DNA of 57,705 bases. Origin: Hyphomicrobiaceae bacterium. Its GTDB lineage: Bacteria > Pseudomonadota > Alphaproteobacteria > Rhizobiales > Hyphomicrobiaceae. The stretch spans positions 1 through 57,705 of the forward strand of contig DAOMWV010000001.1 in NCBI GenBank assembly GCA_035436725.1. Direction: 5' to 3'. Made by a program: the position numbers and the translations under genes. The notes beneath the pieces were generated by a model, which worked only from the letters and a program-made list of their open reading frames with translations, did not search any database and was not told where the DNA came from. This document shows positions 9,636-18,663 of this stretch, piece after piece; the first letter of the stretch is position 1; every line of letters begins with the position of its first letter.

Positions 9636-9890
9636 ATGGCGACTGAGCACATCCCAACCCATTCTATTGATGACGGCTATGGGACGCCGCGCAAGCGCAC
9701 CCAGCGCACCTCGGTCGAGTATCAGCTCATTTTTGGAGTTTGCCTGTTGAACTTCATGGTCACGGGGCTCATCGAGCGCTTCAATCCATTTTACTGGCTT
9801 GGACGCAGGGCGGGCGCACCAAGCGCTTCCTGGTGGACGCAAGCGCGGGATGCGGCGCTGCGGTGTTCAAGCATGGCGTTCAAGGGCTGA
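9636..9890 (+). CDS. pufQ: PufQ-like small membrane protein (84 aa)
   Basis: Lies between bchZ and pufB, as pufQ does. It has a single central TM segment (YQLIFGVCLLNFMVTGLI) with a basic N-flank. The SD sequence GAGGAG sits 5 nt before ATG 9636. Sequence similarity to PufQ was judged only by eye. Confidence 0.5.
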   Translation: MATEHIPTHSIDDGYGTPRKRTQRTSVEYQLIFGVCLLNFMVTGLIERFNPFYWLGRRAGAPSASWWTQARDAALRCSSMAFKG

Positions 9891-10011
9891 CAAATGCGCA
9901 TTCCGCGCCGACCCTCGAACACGAGTTCGCCGTGGCATTCGGCCCCGACGATCCTAGCTGCGCAGGCATAGCGCAGTAATGGCCACATGGCCGAAGACAA
10001 GGAGTTGGAAA

Positions 10012-10236
10012 ATGGCAGAAAGACCTGGTGGATCAATGTCCGGGCTTAGCGAGGCGGAAGCCAAGGAGTTTCACAGCCTCTTCATGACCGGGTTCCTCGT
10101 GTTCACGGCGGTGGCGGCAGTCGCCCACCTGCTCGTCTGGACATGGCGGCCCTGGTTCCCGAGCGTTCGTGGCTACGTCTCGCTTGGCGACACAGGAACA
10201 CAGACACTGGCGTCCCTGACGCAGTTCGTCATCTGA
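10012..10236 (+). CDS. pufB: Light-harvesting 1 beta polypeptide PufB (74 aa, with C-terminal extension)
   Basis: [39 protein letters not shown] is a canonical LH1 beta sequence with the BChl-ligand His. AAGGAG lies 8 nt upstream of ATG 10012. Confidence 0.92.
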   Translation: MAERPGGSMSGLSEAEAKEFHSLFMTGFLVFTAVAAVAHLLVWTWRPWFPSVRGYVSLGDTGTQTLASLTQFVI

Positions 10237-10246
10237 GGAGATGGTT

Positions 10247-10462
10247 ATGTGGAAAATCTGGCTCCTCTTTGATCCGCGCCGCGTGCTTGTCGCGCTCGGT
10301 ACGTTCCTGTTCGGCCTCGCAATCCTGATCCACTTCATCCTGTTGAGCACGGACCGCTTCAACTGGATCGAGGGCCCCCGGGCCGCGCGTCCGAAAGCTG
10401 CATCGATCGAAAAGATCGTGCCGCTGGCGCAGTTTGCGCCGAAGCATATCAACATCGGTTGA
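10247..10462 (+). CDS. pufA: Light-harvesting 1 alpha polypeptide PufA (71 aa)
   Basis: [40 protein letters not shown] is a canonical LH1 alpha sequence. GAGGAG lies 6 nt upstream of ATG 10247. Confidence 0.92.
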   Translation: MWKIWLLFDPRRVLVALGTFLFGLAILIHFILLSTDRFNWIEGPRAARPKAASIEKIVPLAQFAPKHINIG

Positions 10463-10477
10463 GCTTTGCCTCGATCA

Positions 10478-10505
10478 GGGAAGGCGGCTTCGCCGCCGCC
10501 TTTCC
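10478..10505 (+). promoter_or_regulatory. Intercistronic GC-rich hairpin between pufA and pufL (probable mRNA-stability element)
   Basis: AAGGCGGC (10481-10488) and GCCGCCTT (10495-10502) form a perfect 8 bp stem with a 6 nt loop. The stem extends to about 11 bp (10478-10505). Confidence 0.5.
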
Positions 10506-10588
10506 AGATTACTACCCGATCGAATGCGCTGGAGTGGCGTGGCCGTTCAGGGCTCGGGTGAGAAAACGCCGTATCGGAGGACGCTGGC

Positions 10589-11422
10589 ATGGCGATGCTC
10601 AGTTTTGAAAAGAAATACCGGGTCAAGGGTGGTACGCTCATCGGCGGCGATCTTTTCGACTTTTGGGTTGGGCCGTTCTATGTCGGCTTCTTTGGTGTTA
10701 CGACCATTTTTTTCGTCTTTCTCGGCGTCGGTCTCATCCTTTGGGACGTCGCGCTCGGGCCGACGTGGAACATATGGAAACTCAGCGTCAATCCGCCGCC
10801 AGCGGTCTACGGGCTGGGCCTCGCACCGCTGCAGGAAGGCGGCATCTGGCAGCTTGTCACCATCTGTGCGATCGGCGCATTCTCATCGTGGGCGCTGCGT
10901 GAAGTCGAGATCTGCCGCAAACTTGGGATTGGCTATCACGTCCCGTTCGCCTTCAGCATCGCGATCCTCGCATACGTGACGCTCGTCGTCATCAGGCCGA
11001 TCATGATGGGCTCATGGTCACACGGTTTCCCCTACGGCATCATCTCTCATCTCGATTGGGTGTCGGCAACGGGCTACAAGTACGGCAATTTCCATTACAA
11101 TCCCGCGCATATGATCGCGATCACGTTCTTCTTTACGACGTGTCTCGCCCTCGCGCTGCACGGCGGCCTGATCCTGTCGGCAACGAACCCCCCGAAGGGA
11201 CAAGTCGTCAAGGCACCCGAACACGAGAATTCGTTCTTCCGTGACACGATTGGCTATTCGATCGGCACTCTCGGCATCCATCGCCTGGGGCTTTTCCTTG
11301 CTCTCAGCGCAGGGTTCTGGAGCGCGATCTGCATTGTCATCAGCGGTCCGTTCTGGCCTGAAAACCTGCCGTGGTCCGAGTGGTGGACCTGGTGGGATCG
11401 CCTTCCGATCTGGAGCAAGTGA
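10589..11422 (+). CDS. pufL: Photosynthetic reaction centre L subunit
   Basis: [36 protein letters not shown] is a canonical L-subunit N-terminus; 277 aa. Confidence 0.95.
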   Translation: MAMLSFEKKYRVKGGTLIGGDLFDFWVGPFYVGFFGVTTIFFVFLGVGLILWDVALGPTWNIWKLSVNPPPAVYGLGLAPLQEGGIWQLVTICAIGAFSSWALREVEICRKLGIGYHVPFAFSIAILAYVTLVVIRPIMMGSWSHGFPYGIISHLDWVSATGYKYGNFHYNPAHMIAITFFFTTCLALALHGGLILSATNPPKGQVVKAPEHENSFFRDTIGYSIGTLGIHRLGLFLALSAGFWSAICIVISGPFWPENLPWSEWWTWWDRLPIWSK

Positions 11423-11481
11423 CATCATCGCATGAACCGATCATTCAATTGCAATGCGGCCTGATCGACAAGGAACGCGCC

Positions 11482-12417
11482 ATGGCAGAGTATCAAAACA
11501 TTTTCACCCGGGTTCAGGTCCACGGACCGGCGGACATGGGTATCGACCTTCCCCCAGGGGATGAACCACGAAGAGGCAAGCCGTTCTTCTCATACTGGGC
11601 CGGCAAGATCGGCGATGCCCAGATCGGACCGGTCTATCTCGGGACAACCGGATTTCTGTCCATAGTGTGTGGCATCATCGCCATCGAAATCATCGGGCTC
11701 AACATGTGGGCTTCGGTGAACTGGGATCCGGTCCAGTTCGTCCGGCAGCTGTTCTATCTTTCCCTTGACCCGCCGCCGAAGCGATACGGTTTGTCGTTCC
11801 CACCATTGAACCAGGGCGGCTGGTGGCTGATCGCAGGGTTTTTCCTGACGCTTTCGATCCTGCTTTGGTGGGTGCGGATGTATCAGCGTGCCCGGGCACT
11901 CGGTCTCGGAACCCATGTACCGTGGGCATTCGCTTCGGCGATCTGGCTCTATCTGGTGCTTGGCTTCATCCGGCCGCTTTTCATGGGCGACTTCAGTGAG
12001 GCTGTCCCCTTCGGCATCTTCCCGCACCTTGACTGGACGAACAGTTTCTCGCTCAACTACGGAAACCTGTTCTACAATCCCTTCCACATGCTCTCCATCG
12101 CGTTCCTTTATGGTTCGGCGCTGCTGTTCGCCATGCACGCAGCAACGATCCTCGCAGTCAGCCGCTACGGCGGGGAACGGGAAATAGAGCAGATCACCGA
12201 TCGTGGTACCGCATCCGAACGCGCCGCACTGTTCTGGCGCTGGACGATGGGCTTCAACGCGACGATGGAGTCGATCCATCGCTGGGCGTGGTGGTTCGCA
12301 GTGCTGTGCCCGCTCACCGGCGGTATCGGCATTCTGTTGACCGGTACGGCCGTCGATAACTGGTTCGAATGGGCAGTCAAGCACGGCGTCGCACCGGCGA
12401 ACTACATTCCACAATAA
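11482..12417 (+). CDS. pufM: Photosynthetic reaction centre M subunit
   Basis: [16 protein letters not shown]... is a canonical M-subunit start; 311 aa. AAGGAA lies upstream of ATG 11482. The longer track ORF (from 11371) overlaps pufL. Confidence 0.95.
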   Translation: MAEYQNIFTRVQVHGPADMGIDLPPGDEPRRGKPFFSYWAGKIGDAQIGPVYLGTTGFLSIVCGIIAIEIIGLNMWASVNWDPVQFVRQLFYLSLDPPPKRYGLSFPPLNQGGWWLIAGFFLTLSILLWWVRMYQRARALGLGTHVPWAFASAIWLYLVLGFIRPLFMGDFSEAVPFGIFPHLDWTNSFSLNYGNLFYNPFHMLSIAFLYGSALLFAMHAATILAVSRYGGEREIEQITDRGTASERAALFWRWTMGFNATMESIHRWAWWFAVLCPLTGGIGILLTGTAVDNWFEWAVKHGVAPANYIPQ

Positions 12418-12424
12418 GGCGTCC

Positions 12425-12463
12425 GAGCTGACCGTCCCCGCGAACGCGGACGGCGGTCAGCTC
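12425..12463 (+). terminator. Strong hairpin 8 nt after the pufM stop (puf 3' end hairpin or attenuating terminator)
   Basis: GAGCTGACCG (12425-12434) pairs perfectly with CGGTCAGCTC (12454-12463), and GTCC/GGAC pair inside that stem. No U-tract follows. Confidence 0.5.
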
Positions 12464-12542
12464 CGTCGCAGAATGTCTCAGATATCCTTCTTAAAACCTA
12501 CCCCGGCACCGACGTGTCCGGGTACTGACGGAGGCCAACTTC

Positions 12543-12995
12543 ATGATCCGCGCACTTATCATCGCCACTACGGCCCTGACAATCACAGGGAGCGGAGCCT
12601 TCGCACAAGGAAGCGCGGAAGCGGGCGCCGACGTCTTCCGCAAATGCGCCTCGTGCCACAAGGTCGGCCCGAACGCGCGCAACGCGGTCGGCCCCGTCCT
12701 GAACGGCGTCATAGGCCGGCAGGCAGGTACCGCACCTGACTACAACTATTCCGAACTCAACAAGGCGGCCGGCACAAACGGATTGGTCTGGACGGAAGAG
12801 AACATTTTCACCTACCTCGCCGATCCAAGCCCGTTTCTCAAGAAGTTCCTGACTGACAAGGGCAAGGCGGACCTCGCCAGTGGTGCGACGAAGATGGTGT
12901 TCAAGCTGCCGGACGAAACCGACCGCCGCGACGTCATCGCCTACCTGAGGACCTTCGCTCCGGAAAAGAAGGCAACCGAGGAAAAGAAGAACTGA
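12543..12995 (+). CDS. cycA: Soluble class I c-type cytochrome (cytochrome c2-like) with signal peptide
   Basis: Signal peptide MIRALIIATTALTITGSGAFA/QG, haem motif CASCH, distal Met in the TKMVF region, and GGAGG 9 nt upstream of the ATG. Confidence 0.85.
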   Translation: MIRALIIATTALTITGSGAFAQGSAEAGADVFRKCASCHKVGPNARNAVGPVLNGVIGRQAGTAPDYNYSELNKAAGTNGLVWTEENIFTYLADPSPFLKKFLTDKGKADLASGATKMVFKLPDETDRRDVIAYLRTFAPEKKATEEKKN

Positions 12996-13065
12996 ACGGA
13001 CGGCGCGTAGTCGTCATCATGGTCCCGGATCGAGCGGCTTCAGACCCAGAGGATGCAGTTCCCGC

Positions 13066-14004
13066 ATGAACGATCTGGTGCAAAGGGCTCAGCAGCGCAT
13101 CGCCCAAGGCTCACAGAGCTTTGCCTGTGCTGCTCGCCTTCTGCCCAGAGACAAGCGTGCGAGCATGTACCTGCTCTATTCCTGGTGCCGCCATTGCGAC
13201 GACGAAATCGACAATGAAGTTCTGGGTTTCCGGCATGCGGCGGCACCTCACGCGCCATCGCCGGCCGAGCGCTACAGGATTCTCCGGGAAAAGACCCTCG
13301 CCGCCCTCGACGGCAAGGCCACCGAGGACGAGTTTCTCGGGCTGCAGACCGTAGTCTCACGCCATGGGCTTCCAGCCCGCTACCCGCTCGAGCTTCTGGA
13401 CGGCATGGCCATGGACGTCAACGGATCGAAGTTCGAGAACATCGAGGATACGCTTCGCTACTGCTATCATGTAGCAGGCGTCGTCGGTGTGATGTCGGCG
13501 ATCATTCTCGGCGCCAGGGACCGGCCGACCCTCGAACGGGCCTCCGATCTAGGCATCGGCTTTCAGCTCACCAACATAGCGCGCGACGTGGTCAGTGATG
13601 CGCAACGGGGACGGATCTACCTGCCACTCGAATGGCTGGCCAAGGAAGGCATCAGACCCGAGCAGCTCACCGCGACTGAGACCCGAGGCAGCACAATCCG
13701 TGTCGTAGAGCGGCTGCTCGCCCTCTCGGACGACTACTATCGTTCGGCGTCGGCAGGCATTGCCCGCCTTCCCGTCCGGTCGGCGTGGGCGATCGCCGCG
13801 TCGCGGCGCGTCTATCGTGGTATCGGCAAGAACGTGCGCAGCGCGGGTGCCGCGAGCTTGGATTCGCGCATCTCGACAAGTCGCGCACAGAAGCTGACGG
13901 CAGGGGTTCTCTCCGCGGTCGACGCCGTCGCACTCAAGGGCTTCGTAAGCCCGAGCAAGCGGCCGCGCGTCGGGCTCTGGACACCGGAAGCCCTCGGCGC
14001 CTGA
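13066..14004 (+). CDS. crtB: Phytoene synthase CrtB
   Basis: Squalene/phytoene synthase motifs YSWCRHCDDEID, YCYHVAGVVGVM and GIGFQLTNIARDV; 312 aa. Confidence 0.92.
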   Translation: MNDLVQRAQQRIAQGSQSFACAARLLPRDKRASMYLLYSWCRHCDDEIDNEVLGFRHAAAPHAPSPAERYRILREKTLAALDGKATEDEFLGLQTVVSRHGLPARYPLELLDGMAMDVNGSKFENIEDTLRYCYHVAGVVGVMSAIILGARDRPTLERASDLGIGFQLTNIARDVVSDAQRGRIYLPLEWLAKEGIRPEQLTATETRGSTIRVVERLLALSDDYYRSASAGIARLPVRSAWAIAASRRVYRGIGKNVRSAGAASLDSRISTSRAQKLTAGVLSAVDAVALKGFVSPSKRPRVGLWTPEALGA

Positions 14005-14042
14005 CGATTTACTCCAAGGAACTGTTCACTGCTTTTTCGCGT

Positions 14043-15527
14043 TCAGCCCTGGACCGAAATTCCGGCGGCGACTGCGTCTGCCGCAATCCTGGCCGAGCAC
14101 AAGACCCCCGGTATTCCTGCACCCGGATGCGTCCCGGCCCCCACGAGATACAGGTTCGGGATACTTTCGGAGCGATTGTGGAAGCGGAACCAAGCCGACT
14201 GCAGGAAGCTCGGCGCTGCAGCGAACCCGTTTCCGGCCGTGCTGAGATACCTGTGCTCGAAATCGTCCGGTGTCATGCACATCTCCGAGACGATATGCTG
14301 GCTCAGCCCCGGCAGAAGCGTCCGCTCGAATGCTTCGACGATACGCGTCCGGAGGCGCGGCGTCTCGGCCTCCCAATCGATGCCGGAGGTATTGTTCGGA
14401 ACCGGGCACAACGCATAGAAGCTGTCGCAACCGGGTGGCGCGAAAGACGGATCCGTCGCCGTTGGCCGATGCAGGTAGAGCGAAAAATCATCCGCCAGTT
14501 TTTTCCGGTCGAATATGTCGCCCAGCAGTTCCTTGTAGCGGCTACCAAACCAGATCGTGTTGTGCGCTACATCAGGATAGGTCCGCCGGGTGCCGAAATA
14601 GACGAGGAACAGTCCCATCGAAAGGCGTAGGTTCAGCTTGGCCCGCGTCGGCAGCCTGAGTGACCGTCGTGGCAACATGCGGTCGTACAGATAGCTCGGG
14701 TCGGCGTTCGAAACGACCACGTCGCTCCCAAGTCTCTCGCCGCCTTCGAGAACGACACCTGACGCCTTGCCGTTCTCGACCGTGACCTCGGAGACTGTCG
14801 TATCGAGCATCACGCGAACGCCCTGTTCCTGCATGAGACGAGCAAGCGCCTCGACGAGCGCACCTGTGCCGCCGGCCGCGAAGAACACGCCGGACTCGCG
14901 CTCCAGATGATGGATGAGCATGTAGATGCTCGTCGTCGAAAACGGATTCCCGCCGATCAGAAGCGGCTGCACAGAGAATGCACGGCGGAGCTTCTCGTTC
15001 GCTAGATAGCGACTAACACGCGTCCAGACCGATTGATCCGCTCTGAGACGCGCAAGCCTCGGCGCCTGAGAGAGCAACATGGACAGCCTGTCGAACGGCT
15101 TCTGCGACAGCTCAGTGAAGGCGATGTCGTAGAGCGCTTTGGAATGGCCGAGCATTCGGAGATAGCCGTCCTCGTCTCCCGGTGCAAACCTCGCGATCTC
15201 GGCAAGGGTGTCTTCAATGGTGCCGCCGTAGTCGAACGTGCTGTTGTCCTGAAAGTAGAAGCGATACCAGGGGTTAAGCGGGATGAGGTTGATATAGTCG
15301 GCGCGGCGGCGGCCGAACAGCTCGAACAATTCGTCGATGAGGAACGGAGCGGTGATGATCGTCGGTCCGGCATCGTAGCGGAAGCCATCCTTCTCGAAAA
15401 CCTGTGCGCGGCCACCGAGAGCCGACTGTCGCTCGACGAGCGTGACCGACATACCCATCGCGCGAAGACGCAAGGCTGCCGCCATCCCGCCGAAGCCACC
15501 ACCAATCACGACGGCACTACGCCGCAT
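14043..15527 (-). CDS. crtI: Phytoene desaturase CrtI
   Basis: MRRSAVVIGGGFGGMAAALRLRAMG FAD fold and C-terminal LYLVGAGTHPGAGIPGV; 494 aa from ATG 15527. The 680-aa track ORF has an Arg-rich extension that overlaps idi. Confidence 0.92.
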   Translation of the reverse strand: MRRSAVVIGGGFGGMAAALRLRAMGMSVTLVERQSALGGRAQVFEKDGFRYDAGPTIITAPFLIDELFELFGRRRADYINLIPLNPWYRFYFQDNSTFDYGGTIEDTLAEIARFAPGDEDGYLRMLGHSKALYDIAFTELSQKPFDRLSMLLSQAPRLARLRADQSVWTRVSRYLANEKLRRAFSVQPLLIGGNPFSTTSIYMLIHHLERESGVFFAAGGTGALVEALARLMQEQGVRVMLDTTVSEVTVENGKASGVVLEGGERLGSDVVVSNADPSYLYDRMLPRRSLRLPTRAKLNLRLSMGLFLVYFGTRRTYPDVAHNTIWFGSRYKELLGDIFDRKKLADDFSLYLHRPTATDPSFAPPGCDSFYALCPVPNNTSGIDWEAETPRLRTRIVEAFERTLLPGLSQHIVSEMCMTPDDFEHRYLSTAGNGFAAAPSFLQSAWFRFHNRSESIPNLYLVGAGTHPGAGIPGVLCSARIAADAVAAGISVQG

Positions 15528-15604
15528 CCCGTTCGGACGTACCGTTAGCCCGGTCGATCGTACATTCCGGGTGTCGGAAACGAATTTCTGCACTTTTTGG
15601 CCTT

Positions 15605-16681
15605 TCAGAGCGGCATTTCGATCAGTCTGGCATGTCGAAGAGCCTGCAGATCCTTGCTGCCTGTACAAAAGCAGACGATGCGTAGTTGCTCGACAAGGAT
15701 CTCGAGATGCTCGACCAGGGCATCGGCGCTCTGGATCGCTGCGGGAAGCGCGCCGGCCGCCTGCCCGACGATATCGGCGCCGAGACGAATAGCCTTTGCG
15801 GCATCGATACCGTCGCGAATGCCGCCCGACGCGATCACGGTCGCATCCGGGCAGGCGCGTCGCACGCCGGTCACGGCGCGCGCCGTCGGAATGCCCCAGT
15901 CGCGGAAGGACTCGGCAACGGCCCGCGCTTTTGCGGTCGGCGCCCTCTCCGCTTCGACCGCAGCCCAACTCGTCCCACCGGCTCCGGCAACATCGAGGAT
16001 CGCCACGCCGATGTCGAACAGGCGCCGCGCAACATCGTCCGACAAACCCGATCCGACCTCCTTGACCACGACGGGCTTCGGGCACGCGCGCACGACCGTC
16101 TCGATGCGACGAAAGAGCCCGGACCAGTCACGATCGCCCCCCGACTGGACCCCCTCCTGCAAGGGATTGAGATGGATGATAACGGCGTCGGCATCAATCA
16201 TGTCGATGGCACGTTCTGCCATTGCTGCTCCATCCCAGCCTCTCAATTGGGCGGCACCGAAGTTTGCAAGTATCGGAATGGACCCCGCCAGCTGTCTCAG
16301 TTGGCGGCTGAAACCGGCATCGCCGCGGCCCTCGAGTGCGATCCGCTGCGATCCCACCGCAAATCCGATACCTAGTCGACCGGCAGCTTCGGCGATGGTC
16401 GCATTGATGCGATGGGCGTGGAGCGGACCGCCGGTCATCGAGCTGATCAGCAGCGGTGCCTTGAGGCGCCGCCCGAGGAACGGTAGCGACAGATCGACAG
16501 CGTCCAGATCAAGTTCCGGCAGCGCATTATGCGAGAAGCGGATACGCTCGAACCCGGTCGTAATCTGTCGTGCGGCGACCCTACCCTCAAGCACGATATC
16601 GACGTGCTCGGACTTGCGCCGCAGGATTTCCGGAACAGCGCCTTCACTATCGGCCTTGCGTGTCACGCGCCGTTCCATCAC
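15605..16681 (-). CDS. idi: Isopentenyl-diphosphate delta-isomerase, type 2 (FMN-dependent)
   Basis: RKSEHVDIVL...FERIRFSHNALPELDLDAVDLS...PLLISSMTGG...GSQR...VVVKEVGSGLS...DVAGAGGTSWA are TIM-barrel type 2 IDI signatures. Confidence 0.85.
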   Translation of the reverse strand: MMERRVTRKADSEGAVPEILRRKSEHVDIVLEGRVAARQITTGFERIRFSHNALPELDLDAVDLSLPFLGRRLKAPLLISSMTGGPLHAHRINATIAEAAGRLGIGFAVGSQRIALEGRGDAGFSRQLRQLAGSIPILANFGAAQLRGWDGAAMAERAIDMIDADAVIIHLNPLQEGVQSGGDRDWSGLFRRIETVVRACPKPVVVKEVGSGLSDDVARRLFDIGVAILDVAGAGGTSWAAVEAERAPTAKARAVAESFRDWGIPTARAVTGVRRACPDATVIASGGIRDGIDAAKAIRLGADIVGQAAGALPAAIQSADALVEHLEILVEQLRIVCFCTGSKDLQALRHARLIEMPL

Positions 16682-16688
16682 CCACCTC

Positions 16689-18620
16689 TCATCCGAGCTT
16701 CAGATCGCGCGCGAGACCATGACGTTGATCACGCTCGATGATCGCGGCGACCGTAGCGACGATCCCCGCCGCATCGAGCCCCGCGCGCTCGTACATCAGG
16801 TCCGGCTTGTCGTGATCCAGGAAGACGTCGGGTAGCGTCATGGTGCGGACCTTCAGCCCCCGATCGAGATGGCCGCCCGAGGCGAGATGATGCAGGACGA
16901 AAGAACCGAAGCCGCCGACCGCACCCTCCTCGATGGTGATAAGAATTTCGTGCTCGCGCGCGAGGCGGGCAACGAGATCGGTATCGAGGGGACGAGCAAA
17001 TCGTGCGTCCGCAACGGTCGTCGACAGTCCCATGGCGGCGAGACGGTCGGCGGCCTTCATGCATTCTCCGAGGCGCGTGCCGAACGACAATAGCGCGACA
17101 GTACTGCCTTCCCTGACGATCCGGCCCCGGCCTACTTCGAGTGGCTTGCCGGCATCGGCGAGGTCTCGTCCGACACCGTCACCACGGGGATAGCGGAATG
17201 CAGACGGCCGGTCGTCGATCGCTGCCGATGTCGCGACCATGTCCATGAGCTCTGCTTCGTCGGCGGCGGCCATGACCACAAAGCCGGGCAGATTACCGAG
17301 ATAGCCGACGTCGAATGTACCGGCGTGGGTAGCGCCGTCCGCCCCGACGAGCCCGGCCCGGTCGATGGCGAAGCGCACCGGCAAGCGCTGGAGCGCGACG
17401 TCGTGGACCACCTGGTCGTAGGCGCGTTGCAGGAATGTCGAATAGATCGCCACGAACGGCTTGAACCCTTCAGTCGCCATTCCGGCTGCAAATGTCACGC
17501 CGTGCTGTTCAGCAATGCCGACATCGAAGGTGCGCTCGGGGAACTCGCGGCCGAACATGTCGAGCCCGGTACCTGTCGACATCGCCGCTGTAACGGCGAC
17601 GATCTTCGGATCGCGGCGGGCCTCGGCAACAAGGCTCTTCGCAAATACTTCCGTGTAACTCGGCGCATTGGCCTTCGGCTTCGACTGCTCGCCGGTTATG
17701 ACGTTGAACCGGCTGACACCATGATACTTGTCCGCCGCCGTCTCGGCCGGCGCATACCCCTTGCCCTTCTTCGTCACGACATGGATGAGGATCGGCCCCT
17801 GCTTGCTGTCGCGCGCGTTCTTGAGGACGGGCAGCAGCTGATCGAGATCATGCCCGTCTATGGGGCCGACATAGAAAAAGCCGAGTTCCTCGAACAGCGA
17901 GCCACCGGACCAGTATGTCCGCGTATATTCTTCGACGCGGGCCGCTCGGCGCTCCCAGGCCTTCGGAAGGCGCCGGGCGAGTTGCTTCAGGGTATCCCGG
18001 AAGGTTAGATAAGCGCCACTCGTGGTCATGCGCGCGAGGTAGCTCGACAAGGCGCCTACGGGCGGCGCAATCGACATGTCGTTGTCATTGAGGATGACGA
18101 TGAAGCGGGCGTCGCGTGCGCCGGCGTTGTTCATCGCCTCATAGGCCATGCCTGCGCTCAAGGCGCCATCGCCGATCACGGCGATCACATTGCGACTACC
18201 ATCCTCGAGGTCGCGCGCGACGGCCATGCCAAGTCCTGCCGAGATGGACGTCGAAGAATGCGCGGTGCCAAAAGGATCGTACTCGCTTTCGCTGCGCTTC
18301 GTGAAACCCGACAGGCCACCCCCTTGCCGCAACGTGCGGATACGATCGCGGCGCCCCGTCAGGATCTTGTGCGGATAGGCCTGATGCCCGACATCCCAGA
18401 TGATCCGGTCGTCAGGCGTATCAAAGACGTGATGCAACGCGACCGTGAGCTCGACCACACCCAGGCCAGCCCCCAGATGCCCGCCGGTGATCGATACCGA
18501 ATCGATCGTCTCGCGCCGAAGTTCGTCGGCGAGTTGGCGGAGATCGCCCTCCGGCAATGCCCGAAGGTCCGCCGGGATCACGACTTTGTCCAGAAGCGGC
18601 GTCGCGCTGCGTGTCGTCAT
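16689..18620 (-). CDS. dxs: 1-deoxy-D-xylulose-5-phosphate synthase
   Basis: [17 protein letters not shown]...[24 protein letters not shown]...[14 protein letters not shown] and the ThDP motif [21 protein letters not shown] 18620 is preceded by GAGGAG. Confidence 0.93.
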   Translation of the reverse strand: MTTRSATPLLDKVVIPADLRALPEGDLRQLADELRRETIDSVSITGGHLGAGLGVVELTVALHHVFDTPDDRIIWDVGHQAYPHKILTGRRDRIRTLRQGGGLSGFTKRSESEYDPFGTAHSSTSISAGLGMAVARDLEDGSRNVIAVIGDGALSAGMAYEAMNNAGARDARFIVILNDNDMSIAPPVGALSSYLARMTTSGAYLTFRDTLKQLARRLPKAWERRAARVEEYTRTYWSGGSLFEELGFFYVGPIDGHDLDQLLPVLKNARDSKQGPILIHVVTKKGKGYAPAETAADKYHGVSRFNVITGEQSKPKANAPSYTEVFAKSLVAEARRDPKIVAVTAAMSTGTGLDMFGREFPERTFDVGIAEQHGVTFAAGMATEGFKPFVAIYSTFLQRAYDQVVHDVALQRLPVRFAIDRAGLVGADGATHAGTFDVGYLGNLPGFVVMAAADEAELMDMVATSAAIDDRPSAFRYPRGDGVGRDLADAGKPLEVGRGRIVREGSTVALLSFGTRLGECMKAADRLAAMGLSTTVADARFARPLDTDLVARLAREHEILITIEEGAVGGFGSFVLHHLASGGHLDRGLKVRTMTLPDVFLDHDKPDLMYERAGLDAAGIVATVAAIIERDQRHGLARDLKLG

Positions 18621-18663
18621 GACTAGTCTCCTCGATCCGGCAGGCCTTACTATGGCGTGGCTA

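Noticed and set aside
9979-10011. Longer pufB starting at 9979 (85 aa), and pufA starting at 10241.
   Set aside because: SD spacing favours ATG 10012 (AAGGAG 8 nt upstream) and ATG 10247 (GAGGAG 6 nt upstream). The conserved N-termini of LH1 beta and alpha begin there.
11371-11481. N-terminal extension of pufM overlapping pufL (348-aa ORF).
   Set aside because: The conserved M-subunit N-terminus MAEYQNIF starts at ATG 11482 with an upstream SD-like AAGGAA. The extension has no counterpart in known PufM proteins.
12473-12739. 88-aa ORF after pufM as a possible pufX, pufC or novel RC subunit.
   Set aside because: It is highly basic and Pro/Arg-rich, has no TM helix or haem motif, and overlaps the convincing cycA gene out of frame.
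14043-16085. 680-aa ORF suggesting a very long CrtI.
   Set aside because: The first 186 residues are an Arg/Cys-rich low-complexity translation that overlaps the well-supported idi gene in another frame. The canonical CrtI FAD-fold N-terminus begins at ATG 15527.
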